This document shows positions 53,288-64,000 of a stretch of 64,000 bases of DNA, piece by piece. The notes under the pieces are model-generated. The model had not been told where the DNA came from and ran no database searches. It was given only the letters and a program-made list of their open reading frames with translations. A program made the position numbers and the translations under genes. How positions within the stretch are numbered: position 1 is the stretch's first letter; each line of letters starts with the position of its first letter. This DNA is from Heterodontus francisci (taxonomy: Eukaryota): positions 26,297,461 to 26,361,460 of the forward strand of contig NC_090403.1 of the NCBI RefSeq assembly GCF_036365525.1, given 5' to 3'.

Positions 53288-54805
53288 AAACTAGGACAAG
53301 CGAGCGGAAAGTCCTCTTTGCTTTTTGTTAATTCTAAATTCCTATCCACCATTTATTTTGAGACTTGCATTATAAAATTGATGGTCTGAGTGCATAAAAC
53401 AAGGCACTTCAGATGAAAAGAGGTAGAAATTATGATGTCACTTCGTGGGTGGGAGACAAAGGAATGAATAGAGGGTCGATGGAATGTTCGGGATGCAAAG
53501 CGGCAATAAACTGAACCATTTGGTCGCTGCGTAAAAGATAATGGGAGATTGACTAACAATTTAGGTGAAGCTGTTTGTCAGCATTTATCATTGTAAATTG
53601 CTATGTTAGCATTTGAAATCCAATTTTGACATGGCAACTGCCAAACTGCCATGATATAATTGCAGCCTTTGGTCATAAGGTTGCTCTTTCCATATCTTCC
53701 TATTATTCGCTTGGAGAGAATAGTGCGAACGAATGGGAGGATTTGCAGGATTTTTAACAGTCTGACAAATGGCGTCTTGAGCATTCCTTCCAGGGCCATA
53801 AACATACCAATTGACAGATTGATCAGTCCAAGACAACAGGAGTGTATTATAGGCTCTCATAAACCATGCGGAGTATGGGGAATCCACTGGATACATGTGC
53901 ACACGTGGATGTCAACCCAGAATTCAGAACCAGAATTTGGACCCTCCATTGAGACACTCTGGGACATCCCATCCTCTGACCCGAGGCAGTACTCAAAATA
54001 CTAAGCCAAAGGTTCACTCCAGGCCCTGGCGTGATCCTGTGGAATAAGTCTCTGAAGTTTTCCAACATGCATAGAAAAAATGTATATTGATGAATTGACT
54101 GTGGACAAACCCAGGGGAAATGTATTCATAAGAAATGAGAGGATAGTCAGTGAAGGGCTGTGTGCACTTGTGGATGAATGAAGACTTGTGTTTGAACAAA
54201 TGGTAGAAATATTGAGATGAATACACAAAAGCAAGGATGAAGTGCATATCAGTGGACCAAAGGGAAGGGAGGATAAAAACAAGTAAGTGTGAATGACAGT
54301 AGAAAATACACCAGGTCCAGATCATATGCAATCTAAGAAACTATGAAATAAGGTCAATGAGAGAAAGAACAAATCATAATTTTCCAATCAACTTCAGAAA
54401 CAAGTATTGTGCCAAAGGATTGCAGGGTGGCAAGATATTAGACTTAATTCAACTGTATGTAACTCTATGGAGTCCATAGTATGGGGTGAAATAATTGAGA
54501 AGTCGGAGAAGCATGAGGGACAGTCAACACGAATCTGTAAATAATACTTGTGCTTGCAGAATACCGTTTAAGTTTTCAATAAGCTCACATACAAATCGAC
54601 AGAAATGCAATCAGTGTTAAAGATATAGATTTTCAGAAGGTGTAAGACACTCCCACTTTTCACTCATTCTCACTCATCACACCCATTGACTGATTTCCCC
54701 GTCTGTACTCTGTGTCAGATACTCCAGTCATCTCCTGCCGCCACCCATTCCTTTTCTCCGTCCATTTCCAATTGATGGCTTTATTTTGCCCTTTCCTGTT
54801 TAACA

Positions 54806-57705
54806 GGAACTGGTGGTCTGAGGTGTATTTGTTTTAATGCAAGAAGTGTAGTAGGTAAGGCAGATGAACTTAGGGCTTGGATTAGTACCTGGGAGTATGA
54901 TGTTATTGCTATTACTGAGACTTGGTTAAGGGAAGGGCATGATTGGCAACTAAATATCCCAGGATACCGATGCTTCAGGCGGGATAGAGAGGGAGGTAAA
55001 AGGGGGGGAGGAGTTGCATTACTGGTCAAAGAGGATATCACAGCTGTGCTGAAGGAAGGCACTAAGGAGGACTCGAGCTGTGAGGCAATATGGGCAGAAC
55101 TCAGAAATAGGAAGGGTGCGGTAACAATGTTGGGGCTGTACTATAGGCCTCCCAACAGCGAGCGTGAGATAGAGGTACAAATATGTAAACAGATTATGGA
55201 AAGCTGTAGGAGCAACAGGATGGTGGTGATAGGAGATTTTAATTTTCCCAACATTGACTGGGATTCACTTAATGTTAGAGGTCTAGATGGAGCAGAATTT
55301 GTAAGGAGCATCCAGGAGGGTTTTCTAGAACAGTATGTAAATAGTCCAACTCGGGAAGGGGCCATACTGGACCTGGTGTTGGGAAATGAGCCGAGCCAGG
55401 TGGTTGACGTTTCAGTAGGGGACTACTTTGGGAATAGTGATCACAATTCCGTAAGTTTTAGAATACTCATGGACAAAGACGAGAGTGGTCCTAAAGGAAG
55501 AGTGCTAAACTGGGGGAAGGCCAACTATACCAAAATTCGGCAGGAGCTGGGGAATGTACATTGGGAGCAGCTGTTTGAAGATAAATCCACTTTTGATATG
55601 TGGGAGGCTTTTAAAGAGAGGTTGATTAGCGTGCAGGAGAGACATGTTCCTGTGAAAATGAGGGGTAGAAATGGCAAGATTAGGGAACCATGGATGACAG
55701 GTGAAATTGTGAGACTAGCTAAGAGGAAAAAGGAAGCACACATAAGGTCTAGGCGGCTGAAGAAAGACGAAGCTTTGAAAGAATATCGGGATTGTAGGAC
55801 CAATTTGAAACGAGGAATTAAGAGGGCTAAAAGGGGTCATGAAATATCTTTAGCAAACAGGGTTAAGGAAAATCCCAAAGCCTTTTATTCATATATAAGG
55901 AGCAAGAGGGTAACTAGAGAAAGGATTGGCCCACTCAAGGACAAAGGAGGAAAGTTATGCGTGGAGTCAGAGAAAATGGGTGAGATTCTAAACGAGTACC
56001 TTGCATCGGTATTCACCGAGGAGAGGGACATGATGGATGTTGAGGTTAGGGACAGATGTTTGATTACTCTAGGTCAAGTCGGCATAAGGAGGGAGGAAGT
56101 GTTGGGTATTCTAAAAGGCATTAAGCTGGACAAGTCCCCAGGTCCGGATGGGATCTATCCCAGGTTACTGTGGGAAGCGAGAGAGGAAATAGTTGGGGCC
56201 TTAACAGATATCTTTGCAACATCCTTAAACACGGGTGAGGTCCCGGAGGACTGGAGAATTGCTAATGTTGACCCCTTGCTTAAGAAGGGTAGCAGGGAAA
56301 GTCCAGGTAATTATAGACCGGTGAGCCTGACGTCAGTGGTAGGGAAGCTGCTGGAGAAGATACTGAGGGATAGGATCTATTCCCATCTGGAAGAAAATGG
56401 GCTCATCAGTGATAGGCAACATGGTTTTGTGCAGGGAAGGTCATGTCTTACCAACTTAATAGAATTCTTTGAGGAAGTGACAAAGTTGATTGATGAGGGA
56501 AGGGCTGTAGATGTCATATACATGGACTTCAGTAAGGCGTTTGATAAGGTTCCCCATGGTAGGCTGATGGAGAAAGTGAAGGCGCATGGGGTCCAAGGTG
56601 TACTAGCTAGATGGATAAAGAACTGGCTGGGCAACAGGAGACAGAGAGTAGCAGTGGAAGGGAGTTTCTCAAATTGGAGACGTGTGACCAGTGGTGTTCC
56701 ACAGGGATCCGTGCTGGGACCACTGTTGTTTGTGAAATACATAAATGATTTGGAGGAAAGTATAGGTGGTCTGATTAGCAAGTTTGCAGACGACACTAAG
56801 ATTGGTGGAGTAGCAGATACTGAAGGGGACTGTCAGAGAATACAGCAGAATATAGATAGACTGGAGAGTTGGGCAGAGAAATGGCAGATGGAGTTCAATC
56901 AGGGCAAATGCGAGGTGATGCATTTTGGAAGATCCAATTCAAGAGTGAACTATACAGTAAATGGAAAAGTCCTGGGGAAAATTGATGTACAGAGAGATTT
57001 GGGTGTTCAGGTTCATTGTTCCCTGAAGGTGGCAACGCAGGTCAATAGAGTGGTCAAGAAGGCATACGGCATGCTTTCCTTCATCGGACGGGGTATTGAG
57101 TGCAAGAGTTGGCAGGTCATGTTACAGTTGTATAGGACTTTGGTTCGGCCACATTTGGAATACTGCGTGCCGTTCTGGTCGCCCCATTACCAAAAGGATG
57201 TGGATGCTTTGGAGAGGGTGCAGAGGAGGTTCACCAGGATGTTGCCTGGTATGGAGGGCGCTAGCTATGAAGAGAGGTTGAGTAGATTAGGATTATTTTC
57301 ATTAGAAAGACGGAGGTTGAGGGGGGACCTGATTGAGGTGTACAAAATCATGAGAGGTATCGACAGGGTGGATAGCAAGAAGCTTTTTCCCAGAGTGGGG
57401 GATTCAATTACAAGGGGACACGAGTTCAAAGTGAAAGGGGAAAAGTTTAGGGGGGATATCTGTGGAAAGTTCTTTACGCAGAGGGTGGTGGGTGCATGGA
57501 ACGCATTACCAGTGGAGGTGGTAGACGCGGGCACGATAGCGTCTTTTAAGATGTATCTAGACAGATACATGAATGGGCAGGAAGTAAAGAGATACAGACC
57601 CTTAGAAAATAGGCGACAGGTTTAGATAGAGGATCTGGATCGGCGTAGGCTTGGAGGGCCGAAGGGCCTGTTCCTGTGCTGTAATTCTCTTTGTTCTTTG
57701 TTCTT
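54806..57705 (+). mobile_element. CR1-clade LINE with uninterrupted ORF2; ORF1 absent
   Basis: ORF track gives 859 aa (55046-57625). It is called shorter only because the GTG start used in the other copies is GAG here; the frame is open upstream. Confidence 0.96.
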
Positions 57706-58565
57706 CTAACACCTCAGGCTTAATCCTCTCTCATTTGGAGTGCGGATATGAAGTTGAGAAAAGAGTGGAAAATCAGGTAAATTGGGTTTGAAATGGATTG
57801 ACAGCTTTGAGCAGTGAGGGAAAATCAGACAGCAGAGAGAGGAGACTTGAGCAGAGATTGTATCAGTAACAGACAGCAAGGAGAAAAATCCAGAGCATTT
57901 ATAGTGAGTATGGAAAACTGATCAACACAAATGAGAAATAGATATTATTCTTGTAAATGTGAATTTTTGAAAACAATTTATTTACACCAACATATGTTCA
58001 TTCAGTATAAAAGATTTCCAGTTTACAAAAACATTGTCTATCCCACAACTCTTAATAAATATCAATAAGTTAATTTTTAAACTCACTTTACACATTGTAT
58101 AACACTGTAACATTTCATTATGTGAACAAATCACAACAATAAATATCAATGAATTAGGATGAATTGAGATGGATTGTAGTTTGGGCTCTTTGGAGAGCAG
58201 AATTGTAAAGGTAGGTGAGACTCAGGGTTCATTGATCTGCAAGCCTACACCCTTGAAAGCCCAATAGTGCATTCAAAACCAGACTCCCCACAATGAGCCC
58301 TTTAGCATTTCATCACAGGAAATTATCACAGCAATAAATATAAATAAATTTAAATAAATAATTAAATATGAAACAATATTAAGCCAGTCATTCTTCTCTA
58401 TCGGTCATTTTGCTGCCAATGGCATCATTACAGCAATCCAATTACATTAAAATATTAAATAAAATAAATACTGTTGAATAAAATATATGTAGTTATACAT
58501 TTAAGGAATTTAAATTAAATATTTATTTTTTCCAGTCTGTACTGAAACATGTCTTTGGAAAGTCT

Positions 58566-59011
58566 TCAGTTTCTTCTTCTGATTTTTGCTGTTATCACAA
58601 GGATCTGTTGTAAACAGGCTCTGGTCTCAGTGCGGATTATTTCCCAGGCACAGTCACTGAATATCTGAAGGAAGGAAATATTCGGGAAAATCCATTAGAG
58701 AATCAATAGATTTAAATGGGGTGAAATGAACTACATGCTAGTAATTACACAGAATATACCAATTGTCCCACCTTCTGTTTGAGAAACTTTTCCAGTTTCC
58801 TGAAGTATTTGTGAATGGCAGTCTTGATCCTGGGCTTGGACTCTGATCTCAATTTCCAGACACATTCTTCCAGCTCTCCGAGTTGCCGATCGAGGAGAAG
58901 ACGAAAGTTTTCCACCTTGTCTCGGGGCCATGTGACTGAGCCCAGGTTCATGCTGTAGATCTTGTTGATGTGACGCAGTGTTTGATGGACAATCTGGATG
59001 CTGTCCTGGGC
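58566..59011 (-). CDS. ifn1: Type I interferon, copy 5, exons 3-4 only (exons 1-2 expected just beyond the window)
   Basis: Exons 59011-58772 and 58664-58566; intact, with S136I relative to copy 1. Confidence 0.9.
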
Positions 59012-59149
59012 CTGTGCACAACAGACACAATTACATTAGAGGGGGTCTTATACCTTTTCGGTTTAAAGTAGTAATGGAAAGGAACAAGGAATAGGTCAAC
59101 AGTAAATAAGCAACGGGAGGCTTTAATAGTGAAGACATCTTGGGTACAG

Positions 59150-62100
59150 ACTGGGTTCATTCCTATGAAGCAGAAAGTAAGGACATGCAAAAATTCGAGC
59201 TCCGTGGATAGAGAGCTCAAATAGATAGTGAAAAGGAAGGCTTCTCATAAATATTAGGCTCATAATAACGTGGGGAACGAAGCTGAATATAAACAGTGCA
59301 GAGAAGAACTATCAAAGAAATGAGGGGCAGAGTGCGTAAAAAATGGACTAGCTGCAAACAAAAAAGGGAAGCTACAAATCTTTTACAAGCATGTAAAGGG
59401 AAAGAAGGGGTAGTAATTAGTGGCCGGAAAAGCAATTTTCTTCTGGAGCAGGGGGTACAGCTGAGGATCTAAATGATTAATTTGCACGTGTCTTCACTAA
59501 ATAGGATGGTTCGAATATCACAGTAAAGATGGGTGTTTGGCAGAGGTGGAGGTAGAAGAAAAATTGGATAGGGTGAAAATAGATACAGAGGAGGTCTTTA
59601 AAAGATTGGTGGCACTCTGCGTAGGAAAGTCACCCAGTCTGGATAGAATATGTCGCAGGTTGCTGAGGAAAGTAAGTGCTGAAATAATGGAAGTTCTGGC
59701 CACAATTTTCCAGTCCTCCTTAGATGTGAGAGTGATGCCAAAGGACTGGAAGTTTTCTGCCTGTTCAAAAAAGAAAGAGGGTAAACTTGACAACCACAGG
59801 CCTGTTCGCCCTTCATGGGTGGCGGGAAGTTTGTCGACAGTATTTTTCCAAGGTAAAATGAATTGTCACTTACCAAAATATGACTTAGTAAATGTCAACC
59901 AGTAAAAATTTGTTAAGGTAAAATCATGTTGCCCAACTTGATTGAGTTATTCGATCAAGTAGCAGAAAGGATTGCTGAGGGAGGTGTGGTGATTGTTGTG
60001 TATGTAGATCTTCAAAATATCTGTATACGGATTTGCTGAATTGATGGTGAAAAAATTCAATAATAGGTTTGAAAGGGAAATTGAGTAAATAGTTGAAGTG
60101 GAAAGGTTTGCATGGCTATGGGAAATAGTGAGGGGAGTGGGAATAATTGGATAATTCATTCAAAGAGCCTGCACAAGCATGATGAGCCACATGGCCTCTT
60201 CTGTACCATTCAATGATTCTATGACTTAACCTGCCCTGATGGTGCAAACCTCACAGCCAATCACTGTAGCTCAGGAGTGAGATGGTTAGAGGGAGGCAGA
60301 TTGTTACATTGTGTAAGATGAATGGGTGAGTTTAGATAATTAGAGGAAGTGAGATGATGAGAAGCAAGGTAATTTGACAAGATTCATGGTTAACATAGAT
60401 GGAGGGTGTGAAGTGGTTAAAAGAATGATTAGGGGACACTGGCGTACTGATAATGTTACTTGAATACTAATTCAGACGCCAGGAAAAAGCTCTGGGAACA
60501 TGAGTCCAAATCCCACCAGAGTGGCTGGTGGAAATTAAATATAATTATTAAATCTGCGGTTAAAAGCTAGTCTCATTTATGGTTACCATGAAACTAATGG
60601 ATTGTCATTAAAAACACATCTATTTCATCAATGCCCAATCTACTGCCCTTACCTGGTCTGGCCTATATGTGACTCCAGACCCGACTCTGAAAGGGCCTCG
60701 CAAGCCACTCAGTTGTATCAAACCACTGTCGAAAAGTTGAATAAGAATAAAACTGGACAGATTGACCACAGTACCAGAAATGACAATGGCAGACTCTGAC
60801 CAGTCAACCCTGCAAAATCCTCCTTACTATTATCTGGGGACCTGTGCCAAAATAAAGAGAACTGTCCCACAGATTGCTCAAGTATTGGCCTGGCAGATTC
60901 ATACTCACTGAATCATACCATTCAACCATTGTCCCAGACTACTCCATCATCATCGCAGAGGGACAAGATACAGCCAGCAGAGTTAGTTGCACAGTAGTAA
61001 ACAGTCGGGAGGGAGTGTCCTCAACATTGACTCCAGACCCCGTGAATTCTCACACCATCAGGCCAAACATGGGCAAGGAAATCACCTGCTGATTACCACC
61101 TAGTGCCTCCCTCAGACAATCAAACTTGCTCTGCTACACAATAAGATCATGGCTGATCCGATTGTGACATTAACTCCACTTTCCTCCCTTAACCAGCACC
61201 ACCCCCATATCTCGTGACTCCCCTGTAGATCAAAAATCTGTCTAACTCAGCCTTGAATATGTTCGGTGAATCACCCACCACTGCTCTCTGGGGAAGAGAA
61301 TTCCAAATATTAAAGACCCTCTGAGAGAAGAAAGACCTCCTCGTCTCCATCTTAAAAAGAGACTCCTTATTTTAAAATTGTGCCCCCTTGTCTATCTCAC
61401 GAAGAAAAACATCCTGTCAGCATCTACGCTGTCAAGCCCCCTCAGAATATTATATGTTTCAATAAGATCACCTCTCATTCTTCTGAACTCCAATGCGTAT
61501 CGACCCAACCTCCTCAACCTTTCCTCATAAGACAACCCTTTCATCCTAGGAATCAGCCTAGAGAGCTTTTGCTGAACTGCTTCCAATGCATGTATATCCC
61601 TCAGATGATGAATCAATACTCCTTCATGTTTAACACCACTTTGAGGAAGCAGTGTGGGTAGTAATGGCACTGAATGTACTCTTGGTGGAGAACCTCAATG
61701 CCCATCACCAAGAGTGGCTCAGTAGCAGCACTACTGACCGAGCTGGTCCAGTCCTGATGGATGTAACATCCAGACTGGGCCTGCAGCAAGTGGTGATGAT
61801 CCAGGAAAAAGGAAAATTTGCCTGACATCGCCCTCACCAAGCGACCTGTTGCAGATGCATCTGTCCATGACAGTATTGGTAGGAGTGAGTACCACATAGT
61901 CCTTATGGAGATGATGTCCTATCTTCACTCTGAGGATACTGTCCATTGTGTGCAATGGCACTACCACGGTGCTTATTGGGATACATTCAGGACAGATCTA
62001 GCAGCTGAAAACTGGGCATCCATGAAGCACTGTGAGCCATCAGCAGCAGCAGAATTGTATTCAATCAGACTCTGTAACTGCATGGCCTGGCATGTCCCTC

Positions 62101-63899
62101 ACTCTACCATCACCATCAAGCCCGAGGATCAGACCTGGTTCAATGAGGAGTTTAAGAGAGCAAGCCAGGAGCAGCACCAGGGATATCTAAAAATGAGATA
62201 TCAACCTGGTGAAGCTACCACACAGGACAACATGCATGTTAAACAGCAGAAGCAGCATGCCATAGAGCTAAGAGATCCCACACCAATGGATCAGATCAAA
62301 GCTCTGCAGCCCTGCCACATCCAGTTGTGTATGGTGGTGGACAATTAAACAACTGACAGGAGGAAAAGGCTCCACAAACATCCCCAGTGTCAATGCTGGG
62401 GGAGCCCAGAACATTAGTGCAAAAGACAAGGCTAAAGTATTTACATCCATCTTGGCCTCCTCGTGAGGTCCCCAGCATCATAGATACAAATCTTCAACCA
62501 ATTCAATTCACTCCACGTGATATCAAGAAATGGCTGAAGGGACAGGATACAGCAAAGGCTATAGGGCCTGACAACATCCTGGCAGTAGAACTGAAGACTT
62601 GTTCTCCAGAATAAGCTGCACCCTTAGCCAAGCTTTTCCAGTACAGCTACAACATTGCGATCTACCCAACAAAGCAGAAAATTGCCCAGGTGTGTCATGT
62701 GCACAAAAGACAGTTCAAATCCAATCTGGCCAATTTCCATCCCATCAGTCTGCTCTCGATCATCAGCAAAGTGCTGGAGGGTGTGGTCAACAGTTCTATC
62801 AAGTGGCACTTAGACAGCAATAACCTGTTCACTGATGCTCAGTTTGGGTTCCAACAGGTCAATCCAGCTCCAGGCCTCATAACAGCCTTGGTCCAAACAT
62901 GAACAAAAGGGCTGAATTCAAGTGGTAAGATGAGAGTGACTGACTTGACATCAAGGCAGCATTTGACTGAGTGTTGCATCAAAGAGCCCTAGCAAAATTG
63001 AAGTCAATGGGAATCAGGGGGAAAACTCTTCATTGATTGGAGTCATACCGAGAACAAATGAAGATGGTTGTGGTTGTTGACAGCCAAACATCTAAGCCCC
63101 AGGACATCGCTGCAGGAGTTTCACAGGTTCGTGTCCCAGACCAAACCATCTTCAGCCGCTTCATCAATTACTTTCCCACCATCAGAAGCTCAGAAGTGGG
63201 AATGTTCACTGATGACTTTTTTCAGTACCAACTGAGACTCCTCAGGTACTCAAGCAGTTCATCTCCACCTGCAGCAAGAGCTGAACAACATTCAGGCTTG
63301 GGCTGATAAGTGACAAGTAACATTCATGACCACAAGTGCCAAGTAATGACCATCTCCAACAAGAGAGAATCTAACCATCTCCACTTGATATTCAACAACA
63401 TTACTATCACTGAATATCCCACTATCAACATCCTGAGGGTTATCATTGACCAGAAACTTAACAGGACCAGTCATATAAATACTGTGGCAACAAGAGCAGC
63501 TCAGAGGCTGGTAATTCTGCGGGAGTAATTCACCTCCTGACGCCCCAATGCCAGTCCACCACCTACAAGGCACAAGTCAGGAATGTGATGGAATACTCTC
63601 CACTTGCCTGGATGAGTGCAGCTCCAACAACACTCAAGATGCTCGACACCATCCAGGACGAAGCAGCCCAATTGATTGACACCAGATCCAACACCTTCAA
63701 CATTCTCTCCCTCCACCAGCATTGCAGTGTGTAACTTGTACAAGATGCACTGCAGCAAATCACCAAGAATTCTTCGACAGCACTTTCCAAAGCTGCAACC
63801 TCTACCACAGCAGCTGCTTGGCAACACTATCACCTGCGTGTTCCCCTCCAAGCTACAAACCATCCTGACTTGGGAGTATATCGCCGTTCCTCCACTGTT
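59150..63899 (+). mobile_element. Intron 2 block of decayed LINEs (nested inverted CR1 at about 61121-61596)
   Basis: Collinear with 6380-11127. Confidence 0.8.
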
Positions 63900-64000
63900 A
63901 GAATTAAGGAGAAAGTAAGTGCTGTCATTGTGAGTGATGTAGTTAGTGAGTGAATGACTGAGTAGTTCTGCTGTCATTCTCACACCAATGGGCGGAAAAC

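Larger units (their letters stand above)
1..64000. repeat. Tandem array of interferon-gene units with an alternating long (A) / short (B) higher-order dimer
   Basis: The same ORF recurs at 286, 15130, 26781, 41263 and 53054 (spacings 14844, 11651, 14482, 11791; dimer periods 26495 and 26273). Units are near-identical apart from the listed indels. Confidence 0.98.

Noticed and set aside
1-64000. CRISPR array, or purely artefactual assembly duplication
   Set aside because: There is no short repeat-spacer structure. Units differ by TSD-flanked insertions, deletions and many substitutions, as expected of real paralogues, although exact copy number needs read support.

Overview
Eukaryotic (vertebrate) DNA, most likely a cartilaginous fish given the V-SINE/CR1 repeats and the gene structure. 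The whole window is a tandem array of about 11.7-14.8 kb units. Each unit carries an intron-containing type I interferon gene on the minus strand, which the ORF track misses because it is spliced: 4 coding exons, 3 phase-0 GT-AG introns, 186 aa, signal peptide, C24/C52/C124/C159 plus an extra C171, and a CAWE motif. Four copies are complete and intact; a fifth is cut off by the window end. Units alternate between a long A type and a short B type, forming a roughly 26.3-26.5 kb higher-order dimer. Type A carries a CR1 LINE with an essentially complete ORF2 downstream of the gene. Type B lacks that block and has a 530-bp inverted CR1 3' fragment upstream of the gene. Each spacer also holds a decayed Penelope-like element (RT thumb plus GIY-YIG) bounded by inverted repeats containing minimal type I hammerhead ribozyme motifs. 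The upstream regions have IRF-E/ISRE and NF-kB-like sites, and they differ between copies (V-SINE insertion, 150-bp and 12-bp deletions, mosaic tracts). All calls come from manual reading; no database searches were run, and boundaries of old repeats are approximate.
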